NCBI RefSeq assembly: GCF_006345805.1
Contig: NC_043002.1
Location: 2,480,001 to 2,544,000 of the forward strand
DNA length: 64,000 nucleotides
Origin: Octopus sinensis
Taxonomy: Eukaryota
Direction: 5' to 3'
How positions within the stretch are numbered: the stretch's first letter is position 1; each line of letters begins with the position of its first letter. Under the pieces are notes generated by a model. It saw only the letters and a list, made by a program, of their open reading frames with translations, had not been told where the DNA came from and did not search any database. Position numbers and translations under genes: made by a program. Of the stretch, positions 25,591-39,834 are shown one piece after another.

Positions 25591-26128
25591 ACCACGAATA
25601 GTACCACTGCTGCTGCTGCTGCTGCTGCTGCTGCTTCGAATCGCTGCCGGTCGAGAAGGAATGAAACAATTTCAAAGGAAGGAACGTTTAAAAGCTTCCT
25701 TTCTGAGCGTTTTCAATTATTTCTTTGGTTATTTACTGAGGTTGTTGTCTTTTGTTGTTTTTTGTTTTTGTTTTCTTTTTTGTTGATGCTGTTGTTGTTT
25801 TTCATCAAAACATCAGTTTCTATCTTGCTTCCAGCTTCTTAGAAAACCGGGGAAAATAAACAGTAAAAGAACAAGGAACTGTGTGTGCGAGTGTGTGTGT
25901 GTATGTGCACGTGTGTGTGTTTGTGTGCATGCGTGTGTGTGTGTGCGTGTGTGTGCGCGTGTGTGCGCGTGTGTGCGTGTCTGTGTGTGTATGTGCGCGT
26001 GCGTGTGTTTGTGTGCATGCGTGTGTGTGTTGTGTGTGCGCGCGTGTGCTTGTGTGTGTGAATATATCAATTTAACAAATACAAAAAATAGACTAAATAT
26101 CTCACATATAACATCAGAGTAATGGAAA

Positions 26129-26171
<43 letters not shown>

Positions 26172-26928
26172 TGGTTGCTCGCTCGTAGTCAAATACTAAT
26201 TCTCAGCAACACTCGGTCTCACTAACTCCAGACTAAACATTACCAAATATTATAACAACAACGATTCCATGTCATAAAGTACACAAACAATATGCAACAA
26301 TCCAATTATTTTCATATCTAATGTGAAAATTAGTGCAACTCCTCTCTTCTTTCTTTGCTTCGTTGCCGTAGAATTTATTTCGATTTTCTACATTTTATTA
26401 ACATCGTTCATACTTCTGTTACTCGGCTTGTTTGTTATATCTGATGGAGTTATTTATAATTTGTTCAACGTTACATTCTTCCCTCTTTCCTTTCTTCTTT
26501 CCTTTTGTTTCCTTTCCTGTTAGACATTATCGATTCTACCCCACAAAAAAATAAGGAAAATATGTTAATAATAATATTAATTTTTTTTCTATCTCCTTTA
26601 TAAGATATCTTTTGTGAGATAAAATATTTGGATAAGAATGTGACATGGATAAAACGTAATTGCTTATGACATTCGGGTAATAAACCTGTAAATTGGTGGC
26701 GAAGGGTAGAGATGCGTTATATAATTAAAGTGGAAACTATAATTTATGCAGCATTGAAGATCGTCTTAGCATAGATTAATGTAGCAGAGACAGAATGTGT
26801 AGCAGCAGGTATTAAACATGAAATTTAATCGTGTGATACTTGTCACAAATATACATACATATACATATGCATATGCATATATAGTGTGTGCGTGTGTGTG
26901 TCTATATTTATGTATATATATATAATAT

Positions 26929-27067
<139 letters not shown>

Positions 27068-27104
27068 GTATATTTATATGTATGTGTGTGTGTTTGTAGG
27101 TATA

Positions 27105-27453
27105 GGCGCAGGCGTGCATGTGTAGTAATAAGATTCCTTTCCAACCACATGATTCTGGGTTCAGTCCCATTCTGCGGCACCTTGAGCAAGTATCTTCTGC
27201 CATCGCCTCAAGTTCTGGGAGTAGATTTGGCAGACGGAAACTGAAAGAAACCCATCATGTGCCCGTTTGTGCCGCTTTACAACCGGTGATGGTTTGTTTA
27301 CGTGAAACCGAGCGATTCATCGAAACGGGGGGATTAATACCAGGCCTAAAAACAAGCATTGGGGGTCAAGATTCATTGAACTAAAATATTCTTCAAGGCA
27401 GTGCCCCGGCATGGTCGCAGTCTAATGACTAAAACAAGTAAAAGATAAAAGAT
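27105..27453 (+). mobile_element. SINE family A, full length, diverged
   Basis: GGCGCAGG head, GGGTTCAGTCCC B-box, GACTAAAACAAGTAAAAGAT tail. Confidence 0.88.
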
Positions 27454-27558
27454 GCGCGTGCATATATGTATATATAAATATAAATATATATATATTTATG
27501 TATGTATGTATGTATGTATGTATGTATGTATGTATGTATGTATGTATGTATGTATATT

Positions 27559-27633
<75 letters not shown>

Positions 27634-27634
27634 T

Positions 27635-27990
27635 ACCTGTAATATAATATGTGACAATTATTCAGTTGCCATAATAAAACTCTGAGGTTCGGATGTCGGG
27701 GCGGAAATCTGCTCCGGCATCTCATCAGTTATAAAGGCAATCAAAAAAATCTATGAAAATGACCGTTAAACAAAGGGAAATTACTATGTAATTGCCCGTT
27801 ATTAAGAGCTATTAGAATGACCGTTAAATATGGGGAGAAAGTAAAAAAGTAAAAAAATAAAAATGCTCAGCATTTCTGATTGCCTTGATAACTGACGAAA
27901 TGCCGGAGCCGATTTTATCCGCCCCAACATTCGAAAGTCGGAGTTTTATTATGGCAACCGAATAATTGCGACATATTATACTACAGATAA
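27635..27990. mobile_element. Divergent inverted pair of ~115-bp hammerhead-containing arms
   Basis: 27635-27748 is a diverged reverse complement of 27873-27990. Confidence 0.8.
27880..27957 (+). ncRNA. Type I hammerhead motif, partly decayed (mirror 27666-27740 on -)
   Basis: Stem I TTGCC..GATAA/TTATT..GGCAA, CTGACGA (mirror CTGATGA), stem II AATG/CATT, GAAA, GUU site. Confidence 0.55.
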
Positions 27991-28052
27991 ATTCCTCTAT
28001 TTACATAATATCGAGGTCTCTTTCATTCTTTCGTTGTCATACATTACTATTA

Positions 28053-28114
<62 letters not shown>

Positions 28115-29145
28115 CAGCTCTTGAAGAATGAAAGATGAAATAGTGAAATAGGATTGGAACGAGGTAACGCAAAAGACTTTTGTCACAGCTCCACCGATTT
28201 TGTCATGTCGTGGTCTTAATTTTATGATAAATTCTGTAACATCTCTATTTTGCAACAGAGGTTGCAAAATAAGCTCTAAATGTATGAGGAAGAGGCTGTG
28301 GATTTCCCTCAATTAGATTTAACCTCAATTAACAAAACCAGAGAATATATTTACAATTATGTAATTAGTTAAAACTATAGTAAACAAAACAAGTAAACAA
28401 GTATTTTAATTATTCCTGGGTTAATAGAGATGATTTAAATTTACTCCAACAGGATTAACCGGCACCGATGTAACATAATATTAAGATAGGCTGATATTTA
28501 AGAGCAGCATTATCGTCACTGATCTCCAGTAAGAGCGACATAGAAATAAGATTATGTTAATAGATTTCAATTGTTGATGTAATGGAAGATATTATATGAT
28601 GTAAGATACCTATTATGTGATATAAGATATAGAATATGATATATCATATTATGTAATACAAGATATTACATAATAATGTAATATAATACTGCATTGTGTA
28701 ATGTAATAATATTAGTTAATGTAATATGAAACTTAGAGCTGTTGTAGAGCACAGTTCTGTGGTTTAAAATGTAATTAAATGTCCATCATGTATTTGTGTG
28801 TTTAGTATTTCTATAGAATACTATTTCGATGTCTACGACAAGGCTAGAAATTGGTTACAAACTTGTCAGTCACGTGACTTGCCGAAAATTCCTCGAAAAG
28901 TATAACCTCTCTGTGATCACTCGACCTGCTGGAAATAGCAGACAAGTCTCTTTCAACTAACAGGCTACCATTTTTATCAAAGATCTGATCCCTTGGATAA
29001 TGCAATCTAAGACATAACCCTAAAGGAAAGAACGCTTGGCATGCTATTGATTATAATTGCACTCGATCAGGGTTGGCTTACTGCTAATTCCAAGTTCTGA
29101 CAGAACAGCGTGACATTGTAATCTTAATATTATATATTCTATTAA

Positions 29146-29340
29146 GGTGGTCAGCTGACAGAATTTTTAGCACGCGAGCACGATGGCATTCCGTCCGTCT
29201 TTACGTTTTGAGTTCAAATTCCGCCGAGGTCGACTTTGCTTTTCATTCTTTCAGGGCCAATTAAATAAGTACCAGTTGAGTACTGGATTTAACGTAATCT
29301 CCCTAAACCGTTGGCCACGTATCACAATTTGAAACCAATA
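29146..29340 (+). mobile_element. SINE family B, diverged
   Basis: GAGTTCAAATTCCGCCGAGGTCGAC and AAATAAGTACCAG modules. Confidence 0.85.
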
Positions 29341-30856
29341 CTATATTGCACCAGATATTGTTTAAAATTATAAATATGTTTCAGATTTATAAATATGTTT
29401 TCTTGCACTGAAATGTTTAATAATTGTGTTTTTTTAATGAGAAATTATTTAAATATATGCCATTGTCAAGGCTATGACATATATTTACATAAAAATGGAA
29501 AACTACTTTTCTTTCCTTCCCAGAGCGTCTGGATTATATATATATATATATATATATAAAGTAAATTATGGATGAAATGAAAAAGAAAAATGCGTTTTAT
29601 CAATTATTATACGTAATAAAAACTTCGATCTAACACTTTTGTAATTTTCACCATCAAAGCTCAGTTCCTGCTTCAACACTACATAAGATTAGTCTTACCT
29701 GGAATTTATATAGACGCGACAGTTAAGCGAAAAGGATCCGTATTCCATATGTCGGGAATGTTATCATCCAAAATTAAATTTATTTCTCCCATTTAGCACA
29801 AAAGAACCAAACCACATGCTTGATATGTTCACATGAAGATATTATATTCGTTTATAGCAATAATCATTCTTCCTAACAAAGCCAACAGAATCATTTTAGT
29901 TCATCTGCCATCTCTTTGTGACGTCTAAATTGTATCTTTCTCCGTTAAGCTCTTTGTAAACACTCATATCTTTTTATAGTGCAAAAGGAAATGTGACGAA
30001 AGGGCTCTGCTTTATCTTTATTTTTCTTAACATCAACAGACAAGTGCAGATATAGTTTCACTGAAGAATTTACATTAACAATTTTCAAATATATTTTCAG
30101 TCAAGCATGTAAACCGCACAAAATACTTTTTTCTCCATTACTTTCTTAGTTCTTTGCGTCTTGCATTGTGCTTAGCCAATGTAAGCTGTCTCTTTAAGAT
30201 TTATAGATTTTAACTTTCAAAACTTATACAGAAATATTTTGTTATTGTCATTATATATATATATATATATAATATATATATATATAAAGGAGAAAAACTT
30301 TGTGACTAACCTCAAAAATATTGATTTCAACATACCCGTCTCTTCCATTGCATTGATTGCAGTGAGAATTAAAGTAGTTATGACAATAATAATGTTAATT
30401 CTATTCCAGGAAACACCGATCGACAGATATATGACTTACAAAAGAGATTTAGTCTCTTAAGCAGACGCAAAAGAAAGAACTGAAGGAAAGTGGTTCAGAG
30501 AGGAAATAACAGCGAAGGCATGCAACATTCCGATTGTGATGCCGTCGAGTTATACTTGATTGAACAAGTGATGTCGGAGAGGAGATTTTCTTGGCATTTA
30601 TGAACAACATTATATTTTTGTTTTCTTTTATTTCGTGATACGATATTAGTTTTCATTTCTAGAACAATCTTAAATCTTTGACGTCACTCAAAAGTTTTAG
30701 CACAGACTTAAATTCTATCGAAAGTTCTAAATATATATATCCGTCAATGGGCAGAAATATTTGCGAGGAATTTGTTGCAGAAAATATGCCGTAAATTTTG
30801 AATGAAATTTGTTTATAATCGCCATTTTAATTTGTATAGCTACAAATGATTATAAA

Positions 30857-30962
30857 TGAAAGAAGAAGAAGAAGGAGGAGGAGGAGGAGGAGGAGGAGGA
30901 GGAGGAGGAGGAGGAGGAGGAGGAGAAGAAGAAGAAGAAGAAGAAGAAGAAGAAGAAGAAGA
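30857..30962. repeat. (GAA)n(GGA)n(GAA)n trinucleotide array
   Basis: Directly visible. Confidence 0.95.
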
Positions 30963-31124
30963 ATGGCTTCAAATTTTGCCAGAAATTTGTGGGGATGGGA
31001 TAAGTCGATTAGATCGAGTTTTTTTATCGATCGCGTAAAGATGAAAGGCAAAGTCGATATCGAATTACTATAAAGTCGATGTTGCGTTCCTCTCTGACCC
31101 ATGAATAGTCAAGAAGGAAGGCGA

Positions 31125-31325
31125 AGAAAGTAGATATATACAATTCTTTTAAGTACAAAATAGCCCAGCAATGGAAACTATGTGAAGATAGTGCCAATTA
31201 TCGTTGGGTCCTTGGAGACATTATCAAGTGGAATATAAAAGAAATCGGAATAGAATGCTCGGTAGAACCGTTACCCTAATATGCTCTGAGCACTTTTATC
31301 CAGAGAATACTATCGTGTTAATTTT
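31125..31325 (+). pseudogene. RLE-type LINE C-terminal fragment
   Basis: KIVPIIVGSLG and EIGIECSVE resemble the end of the 33.4-kb ORF. Confidence 0.6.
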
Positions 31326-31509
31326 CATAGTTTTGCAGCATTTTGTTGTAGCACTTGTATATACACAGCTATTTTGAAGAATTAATCCGTTCGCTCTCCC
31401 CGAGATTATATAAGCAAGCAAGAACTTCATATCTATCATCAATCTCTAGAATCTGGATGGTATCTGGTGGATAATGTATAAATGCAGCTGATATCAAGGG
31501 AAAAAAATT

Positions 31510-31562
31510 CATGGTGGTGATGATGATGATGATGATGACGACGACGACGACGACGACGATGG

Positions 31563-31594
<32 letters not shown>

Positions 31595-31680
31595 GATGAT
31601 GATGATGGTGATGATGATGAGGAATGGTTGATGATGATGAAGATTGACGAACGAAACGACGATGACGAACGACGATGACA

Positions 31681-31720
<40 letters not shown>

Positions 31721-31805
31721 GGATGAAATGTGATGATGATGGATGATGAGGTGACGACGACGATGACGACGACGACGATGACAATGATGTGATGATGATG
31801 ATGAT

Positions 31806-31851
<46 letters not shown>

Positions 31852-31902
31852 CGACGACGACGACGATGATGATGATGATGATGACGATGATGATGATGAT
31901 GA
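31510..31902. repeat. (GAT)n/(GAC)n compound array
   Basis: Directly visible. Confidence 0.95.
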
Positions 31903-33164
31903 TTTGTGGCAGCTTCAGCACTTTTTCTTTAGTAAAGGGTTCTACATTTCCTTGTCGTGGAGAAAATTTTCAGTTTAAAATAATTTTCTAGATAAACTTG
32001 ACAGCTTTTTTTTCTTTCTTTTTGTTGTAGTTTTGTTCCGTGTGAACCCAGGTGCAAAACGTTGACTCTGCCAGCAAGAGATCCCAATTTGCTGAGAATA
32101 TCTCAAGAGTGCTAGGAAATAAGATTTGTACATTTTTAACGGAATTATCATTAAGAGCCCTGGCATCAGTATATTGCTTATCTCTCAGGAAACATTGACA
32201 GCATTATGAAGAAATTCTCCGCCTCAAAAGTCACTATCTAAGAATTCTTCGCAATCTATAATTTGTACACTTAAGCATCGTAGTTCTATCACCTCCAAAC
32301 ACGGCACAAAGATACATAACATTTGAAACACCTGCGATATCACTCAACACCAACCTCTTGCATTGTCAATACCTACACAATGTCTACTCACAAACTCATC
32401 ATCCCCATATCTTCCATCTGCATACCACTACCAACATACCTGTAATAGATACTCATTTCTCTGTACCTGCTTCATTGCATCTACCTTTCTGAGTCTGGTT
32501 GTAGCTTTCATTCCCATTTTCGTCTTTAGTGCTAAGGGTTCAAGAGAGATTCTTCTCATTTAGGAATCGCTTATTTCTGACAGCTGACACGCTAGATTGA
32601 AGTAATATTATATGGTGCGTAACGGTGCTCGTGCCATTTTTATGGTATTATTGATCAGGGTCTATAAACATACTTCAATTGTCCATCTCTTCCTCTTTCT
32701 CGCCTTCTCTCTTTCTTTCTCTCGTTCTTTTTCCTGGGCATATTCCATGTCAACCCCAGAAGTGCAAAACTAGTTTAATTCAATGAAAACCTGAAGCAAT
32801 CTTCATACCACAAAAGGGTCTTTTATGTAGGGGTAGATTTCCTAAAACACTTACCGTGGTTCACAATGTTAATAAGCAGTGCAGCCCTGCCCAGACTCGC
32901 GACTGTTATTTTACATCACAAATCGAAAGTTGTGGCTTCCCAATTCAAGCGTTAAGAATACCAACAAAATACCGATTGGCCAAAGAAACAGATACAATGA
33001 AGTCTAAAGTCCCAAGACTTCCGAGGAAGCCATCACACATATGATCAACAGCTGCTGCCCAAGAATCAAAGTGCTCCCCCGCCCCACTGCGACATGTTTT
33101 TGCTGAAATAATATAAAATGACATCAGGAGAAAAGGCTGTCCTCTGTTAAATATAGACAATGCC

Positions 33165-33169
<5 letters not shown>

Positions 33170-33200
<31 letters not shown>

Positions 33201-34990
33201 TAGTTTTATTTTTATTTTTATAGCGTGCTTTCACTTCACGACCGAGCGCAGCTCTGTGTGCCTTGGGTATGTGCTGTGATTTGTTGTGATGCTCTGATGG
33301 TTATTGTATGGAAAGTGTTCTGCGTAGGATGTGTGCAGTGCCTAGTTGTGCAATTTTCTGTATGTTATAGTGTTTGTAAGTCCTGGTGTTTTTGTTATGT
33401 ATTTGTCTGAAATTTTTTTATCATGCCTAATGCACCTACTATGATAGGAATTGTTTCTGTTTTCAGATTCCACATTCTAGTTACCTCTATTTCCAGGTCT
33501 TTGTATTTTGAGAGTTTCTCCATTTCTTTTAGAGACACGTTGTCATCTGCCGGTACTGATACATCAATTAGAAAGCATTTTTTTTCTTCATGGTCTCTGA
33601 CAACTATATCTGGTCTGTTGGCCTTAATTTCTCTATCTGTGTGTATCGGCATATCCCAGAGTATGGTTGCTTTCTCGTTTTCTGTGACCTTTTCTGGTGT
33701 GTGCCCATACCATCTTTTTTCTGTTGTTATTCCATAATGTTGGCATAGCTTCCAATGTATGTAAGTTCCAACTCTGTCATGTCTGTGAATATATTCCTTC
33801 TTAGCCAGGACTGGGCAGCTAGAGATAATATGATTTATTGTTTCTTGTCCATCTCCACATATTCTGCAGTTACTTGTAATATTTCTTTTCATTACATGTT
33901 TTTGGTAATTTCTGTGGGGAGGCTTTGGTCTTGTGCTGCAATTAAAAATCCCTCTGTTTCTGCTTTGAGTCCTGAGCTTCTCAACCATTGCTGGGTTTCT
34001 TTGTCTATTTCTTTTGCGTTTAGTTTAGTCCAGTATTTACCATGAAGGGGCTTTTCTTGCCATCGTTTTATCATGGTTCGTTGCTGTTCTATTTTTAGTT
34101 TGGATTTCATTTTTTTTATAGCTTTTGTTGTTTCTTCATCTTCTTCTTCTTCTTCTTCATGTTATTAGGTGGTATGATTTCTTGTTTGTATTTGTCAGCT
34201 TCCTTAAATACTGAGAACAGTTTTTTGTTTTGCTCGTGTTTTGCCGCTATCTGGATCAGTTTTCCTTCCTTCTGAAGTAGATATTTTTGCAGTCCTATGG
34301 TGGTTATTTTATAGTAGTTTTCCAGCTGTATAAGGCCTCTACCACCTTCTATACGTTGTATATATAGTCTTTCTATGTCAGATTTTGGGTGATGCATCCT
34401 AGATCCTGTCATTATTTTTCTTGTTTTCCTGTCTATTTTGGTCAGTTCATTTCGTGTCCAGTTAAGGATATTGTAGCTGTAACTTATAACTGGACAGCTA
34501 AAGTGTTGATACCTATTATCTTGTTTTTAGCATTGAGCTCTGTGTTTAGTATTGATCTAACTCGTCTATAAATTCTTTTTTTATTTTCTCTTTCATTTGT
34601 GTGTGTTGTGTCTTATCTAGTTCATGGATTCCTAAGTATTTGTAAGTTTGGCTTTGGTCTAATTCTTTTTTCATTTGCTTCATCTAGTGTGATGTTGTTA
34701 CTCTTAACTAGTTTTCCTCTTTTCATGGTTACTTTGGCGCATTTTTCTAATCCAAATTTCATATCTATTCTTTGGTAAATCCATGAACTGTCTTTAATAG
34801 TGTTTCCAGCTGTTTGTCATTTGCAGCGTATAGTTTTAGGTCATCCATATATAAAAGGTGGCTGATCGTTTTGCCGTAACATTTATATCCGCATCCAGTT
34901 CTATTTAGCATATCAGATAGAGGTGACAGTGCCAAGCAAAAAAGAGTGGAGAGAGCGTATCTCCCTGGAATATTCCTCTTCTAATGGGGA
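33170..34990 (-). mobile_element. 5'-truncated RLE-type (R4/Dong-like) LINE, relatively young
   Basis: GIFQGDTLSPL, HLLYMDDLKLY, YKYLG, CRICGDGQETINHIISSC (CCHC), RPDIVV...IDVSVP (RLE) and an (AAT)n tail; a few frameshifts. Confidence 0.95.
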
Positions 34991-35633
34991 TGTCTTTGGT
35001 TTTCATGAGTCCCTTTTTGTTTGGAGTGTAGGACTGTTTGCCATTTATTCATAGAGTGCTCTATGAATTTTATTATTATTATTATTATATTATTATTATT
35101 ATTATTATTTTATTATTATATATATAATATATATATATATATATTATACATATATATATATATATACACACACACATACGCACATATATATATAAAACAA
35201 TACGAGGGATAATGGTGGAATATATCCATTGTCACTTATACCATGTGCAAATATAACAAACCTGGTGTATTTGGAACAGAAAGAAGAATCGCGTACAATT
35301 ATGGAAGTCAGCTGCTCTGCAGATGTGGACGATTCTTCTAGAAATAGCGAGGACAAGAATATTTATAGACAACAGTTTCGAAACCTACAGCTTCGCTGCT
35401 CTGATAATAAATTCGCTTTTATACCAGTAATTATTGTCACACTCGTTTTGTCGGTAAATTTTTTAAGTGATAATCTGAAGAAGTGAGGATTCTCAGGCAA
35501 AGAAACAGACTGGCTAACACGCACTTTGCAATACAATCCGTGAGAGGAACAGTAAAAATATGAAAGATATTTCTAAAGTTTAACATGTAACACGTATTGC
35601 TTTTCATATATAAATTCCAGCAATGAGATTTTA

Positions 35634-35703
<70 letters not shown>

Positions 35704-36039
35704 TTTTTGGTAAGAATTTTTGTGTGCGTATGTATGTGTGTCAGGTTGCACGTATATATATATGTACACAGATTACAGCGCACTTTTCGCTTACTGAGGG
35801 AGTGGTCAGCAGGAGGTACAATAATTTAATACGAAAAAAAAAAAGCGCCCACGTAATTCCGAAGTATATTTCTTAGATTTGTTTTCTACACGATATGTGA
35901 CCGACTCGAAAGAATGAAACCAACACTCGAGCTCGTTGTGATTCGAACACTGACCGTAGAGTTTCACATCTAAATACCACATAGCATGTTTCATCACTAC
36001 CCTAATGATTCTACCGAAACGCCAAGTTCATGGCAGAAA

Positions 36040-36272
36040 GAGATATCAGTCACAAATTTTGGCACAAGGCCAGCAATTTAGGGGGAAGGGGGGAGTCGAT
36101 TACATCGACCCCCCCCCCAGTACTCGACTGATACTTATTTTATCGAACACCGAAAAGGGTGAAACGCAAAGTCGACCTCGGCGGAATTTGAATTCAGAAC
36201 ACGAAGACAGGCAAAATGCCGCTAAGCATTTCGCCCAGCATCCATACGTTTCTGCCAGTTCGCCGCCTCAGT
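36040..36272 (-). mobile_element. SINE family B
   Basis: Reverse of the GGCGGCGAACTGGCAGAAACG head and TTCAAATTCCGCCGAGGTCGAC. Confidence 0.88.
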
Positions 36273-36479
36273 AATGTAAGTAATATTGATGTCTTGAAGG
36301 TTAAGTGTTGGCGTTAATCAAATCAACGCTATTCTCTCGCCAAAATTGGTAATTCTTGCATCTCTCTTAGAAATCAATAGTAATGAACGGAACTTCAGAA
36401 AAAGATCTTCTCGAAGTTCTTCACTGATTTTTAATACATTCATTATACACAGCAAGAGAATTAGGTTTAAATGGAAACT

Positions 36480-36745
36480 GAAATTGTTTCCTGTACAATT
36501 CTAACTAGACGCTCCTCAACGGCACCCGGTTGTGAAAATTGGACACACCCACATTTTTTTGAAACATACACTAGACAAAACTTCCCCCTCTATTCCCACC
36601 ATACTCTTCAAGTCATATTTGAAGAAGTTGGTGAAAGATTAACCAGAGAGGAAAGTGTTTGTCTCTAACTTTCAGTCGCGTCCACCATACACATCCTTTC
36701 GCCATAGACACAAGTACGATGAAAATAGCTCTTCCTTCTCGATAT
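36480..36745 (-). pseudogene. L1/Tx1-type ORF2 C-terminal fragment
   Basis: EGRAIFIVLVSMAKGCVWWTRLK, then a frameshift, then TFLSG*SFTNFFKYDLK. Assignment from recalled family resemblance. Confidence 0.55.
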
Positions 36746-36746
36746 A

Positions 36747-36805
<59 letters not shown>

Positions 36806-36834
36806 TATATAATATATATATATATAATATATAG

Positions 36835-37000
36835 GGAGAGTTTACGAAAAAACAAAGACAAAGACAGGTTGTGTACAAAACAAACAGATGTATTAGTATA
36901 ATGCTCAGGAATAGAAAAGTCTTTTACGTTTCGAGTCTACACTCTTCTACAGAAAGAGACACAGAAAAAAACAAGGAGAGAAACAAATGTGTGTAGTGGC
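36835..37000 (-). mobile_element. Family E repeat with variant hammerhead (36921-36956)
   Basis: TCTTT-CTGTAGA-A-GAGT-gtag-ACTC-GAAA-CG-TA^AAAGA. Confidence 0.7.
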
Positions 37001-37017
37001 TAACGATCTATCATGGC

Positions 37018-37094
<77 letters not shown>

Positions 37095-37128
37095 CTATCC
37101 AATTAACACATTACTAACACATATAATA

Positions 37129-37535
37129 GGCGCAGGAGTGGCTGTGTGGTAAGTAGCTTGCTAACCACATGGTTCTGGGTTCAGTCCCACTGCGTGGCAT
37201 CTTGGGCAAGTGTCTTCTGCTATAGCCCCGGGCCGACCAATGCCTTGTGAGTGGATTTGGTAGACGGAAACTGAAAGAAGCCTGTCGTATATATGTATAT
37301 ATATATGTGTATGTGTCTGTGTCTGTGTTTGTCCCCCGAGCATTGTTTGACAACCGATGCTGGTGTGTTTACGTCCCCGTCACCTAGCGGCTCGGCAAAA
37401 GAGACCGATAGAATAAGTACTGGGCTTACAAAGAATAAGTCCCGGGGTCGATTTGCTCGATTAAAGGCGGTGCTCCAGCATGGCCGCAGTCAACTGACTG
37501 AAACGAGTAAAAGAGTAAAAAGAGTAAAAGAGTAA
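37129..37535 (+). mobile_element. SINE family A, full length, young
   Basis: tRNA-like head (TGGCTGTGTGG, GGGTTCAGTCCC), internal microsatellite, (AGTAAAAG)n tail. Confidence 0.95.
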
Positions 37536-38300
37536 TATGTATATATGTATGTGTGTGTGTTTGTGAGTGCATGTTTGTGTGCGTGTACGTGTGTACGCAT
37601 GTGGCTGTGCCTTATAATATTCAAGCAGGCGATTTCATTTAGAAATGTCTTCAATTAAATTCATTCAAGTTGATTCGAGATTCCCGTTCAGTAATACACA
37701 CACGCACACACACACACACACACGCACACACACACAAACGTATGCATAAATGTGTGTACATATACATATATATATATAAACGCACACACACATGTATATA
37801 TATGTGGATATATACTTCTATATAATAATTGCGGTAGCCATGTATTAGTCAATAGATATATATTATATATGCGGCAGCCTAATGCCTCCTTGGATACATC
37901 GTTAGATTTATACAATTATCAATCGTTTCATTATCAGATACTTACCACTTAGCGACGCCCAAACGCAACTTTATTGAAAACCAATATTTCTTTGTTCCGG
38001 TGAAATTACCATTAAATTCTAAATTAGCGAATCAGTTCAACTATCAGTTTAAAAGACTTGAAGAAAAAAAAAAACAAAACAAAACAAAATAGAGAGAAAG
38101 AAAGAGTCAAAGAAGGGGAGGAAGAGAGAAGGAGAGGAAAAAGAGAGAGTTTGGTATCGATCTGTATATTTTCTTAATTTTTGTAGAATGTTAGAAAATT
38201 TTGATTGAATAAATAAAAGTATAATTAACTAAAGCTAAATTAAAAAGAAAATATATCAAGTCAACGCTGTGTTATCTTCTTTTTCTCCCTCTATACATAC

Positions 38301-38340
<40 letters not shown>

Positions 38341-38343
38341 ATA

Positions 38344-38375
<32 letters not shown>

Positions 38376-38554
38376 CGCACACACACACACACACACATAC
38401 ACACACACAAAGACACACACACAACACAGCATGGTCAGTCACATGTGTGCGTCTGTGTAAATGCGCTCAACTTACCTATTTCTCCGCAGATCTGGAAAAA
38501 ACCTTAATGAGCTGTCTTAATCGGTTTTCAACCGCTTTAGGGTCTTATATGAAA

Positions 38555-38790
38555 TGTGTGCTTCACTTCGAGAAACAGGCAGCTAATCCGTCTATACACT
38601 CATTAAATCAAGGGGCTTCATTCGTCTGCCTTTTTGTTCTGAGTTCAAATTCCGCCGAGGTCGACCCTTTCGGGGGGGGTCGATTAAATAAGTACCAGTT
38701 ACGCACTGGGGTCGATGTAATCGACTTAATCCCTTTGTTCTTGTTTGTCCCCTCCATGTTCAGTCCCGTGTGGGCAATAAAGAAATAAAA
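38555..38790 (+). mobile_element. SINE family B
   Basis: GAGTTCAAATTCCGCCGAGGTCGAC...GTGGGCAATAAAGAAATA. Confidence 0.88.
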
Positions 38791-38851
38791 GAAATAAATC
38801 TAGGGGTTTCAGAAAATTGGGGCAACTAATTTGCATACCCCAAATGTTTAA

Positions 38852-39135
38852 CGTGGAAGCACATAGCCTAGTGGTTAGAGCAGTAAAGTCGCGGTCGAGG
38901 CATCGTGGGTTCGTATCTCAGACCTGGTGATGTGTGTGTTTATGAGCGAAGCACCTAAGCTCCACGCGGCTCCGGCAGAAGGTAATGGCGAACTTCTGCT
39001 GACTCTTTCGCCACAACTTTCTCTCACTCTTTCCTCCTGCATCTTGCAACTCACCTGTCCAGGTGGGGAACCTATACGCCAATGAAACCGGGAAACCGGC
39101 CCTTATGAGTCAGACATGGTTCGAGAAGGAACAAA
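38852..39135 (+). mobile_element. tRNA-derived SINE family D
   Basis: TAGCCTAGTGG A box, GGTTCGTATCTC B-box-like; body shared with 55170-55455. Confidence 0.8.
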
Positions 39136-39264
39136 CAGCAACTGCTTAACACTTTCATATCAACGACCTGACAACGGGGAACTCCGCGCAGGAGCCGCAG
39201 CAGCCATACAAACATATCAAATTTACAGATATCCACATACATTGGAAAAATATCCATCCATCTA

Positions 39265-39672
39265 TACTCTTTACTCTTTTACTTGTTTCAGTCATTTGAC
39301 TGCGGCCATGCTGGAGCAACCGCCTTTAGTCGAACAAATCGACCCCGGGACTTATTCTTTGTAAGCCAGTACTTATCTATCTCGGTCTCTTTTGCCGAAC
39401 CGCTAAGTGACGGGGACATAAACACACCAGCATCGGTTGTCAAGCAATGCTAGGGGGACAACCCAAGCACCACAAACACAACAACACATACATACATATA
39501 TATATACATATATACGACAGGCTTCTTTCAGTTTCCGTCTACCAAATCCACTCACAAGGCATTGGTCGGCCCGGGGCTATAGCAGAAGACACTTGCCCAA
39601 GATGCCACGCAGTGGGACTGAACCCGGAACCATGTGGTTGGTTAGCAAGCTACTTACCACACAGCCACTCCT
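39265..39672 (-). mobile_element. SINE family A, full length, young
   Basis: Reverse complement highly similar to 37129-37535. Confidence 0.95.
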
Positions 39673-39834
39673 TATATATATATATACATATACTTACATA
39701 TAAATGCTTGTGTGGGTTCATGTGGCGACCTCATGCGGGCGGCTTCTTCCATTTCTCTTGCTTCGTGAATCATTCTCCCAATTTTAGTTCACAGATGAAA
39801 GGTCTTTGGATTGTAGCTTTCCTTAGAATGACCA

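Noticed and set aside
35200-35490. Overlapping 70-85 aa ORFs in unique sequence
   Set aside because: No recognisable domain; splice signals ambiguous.
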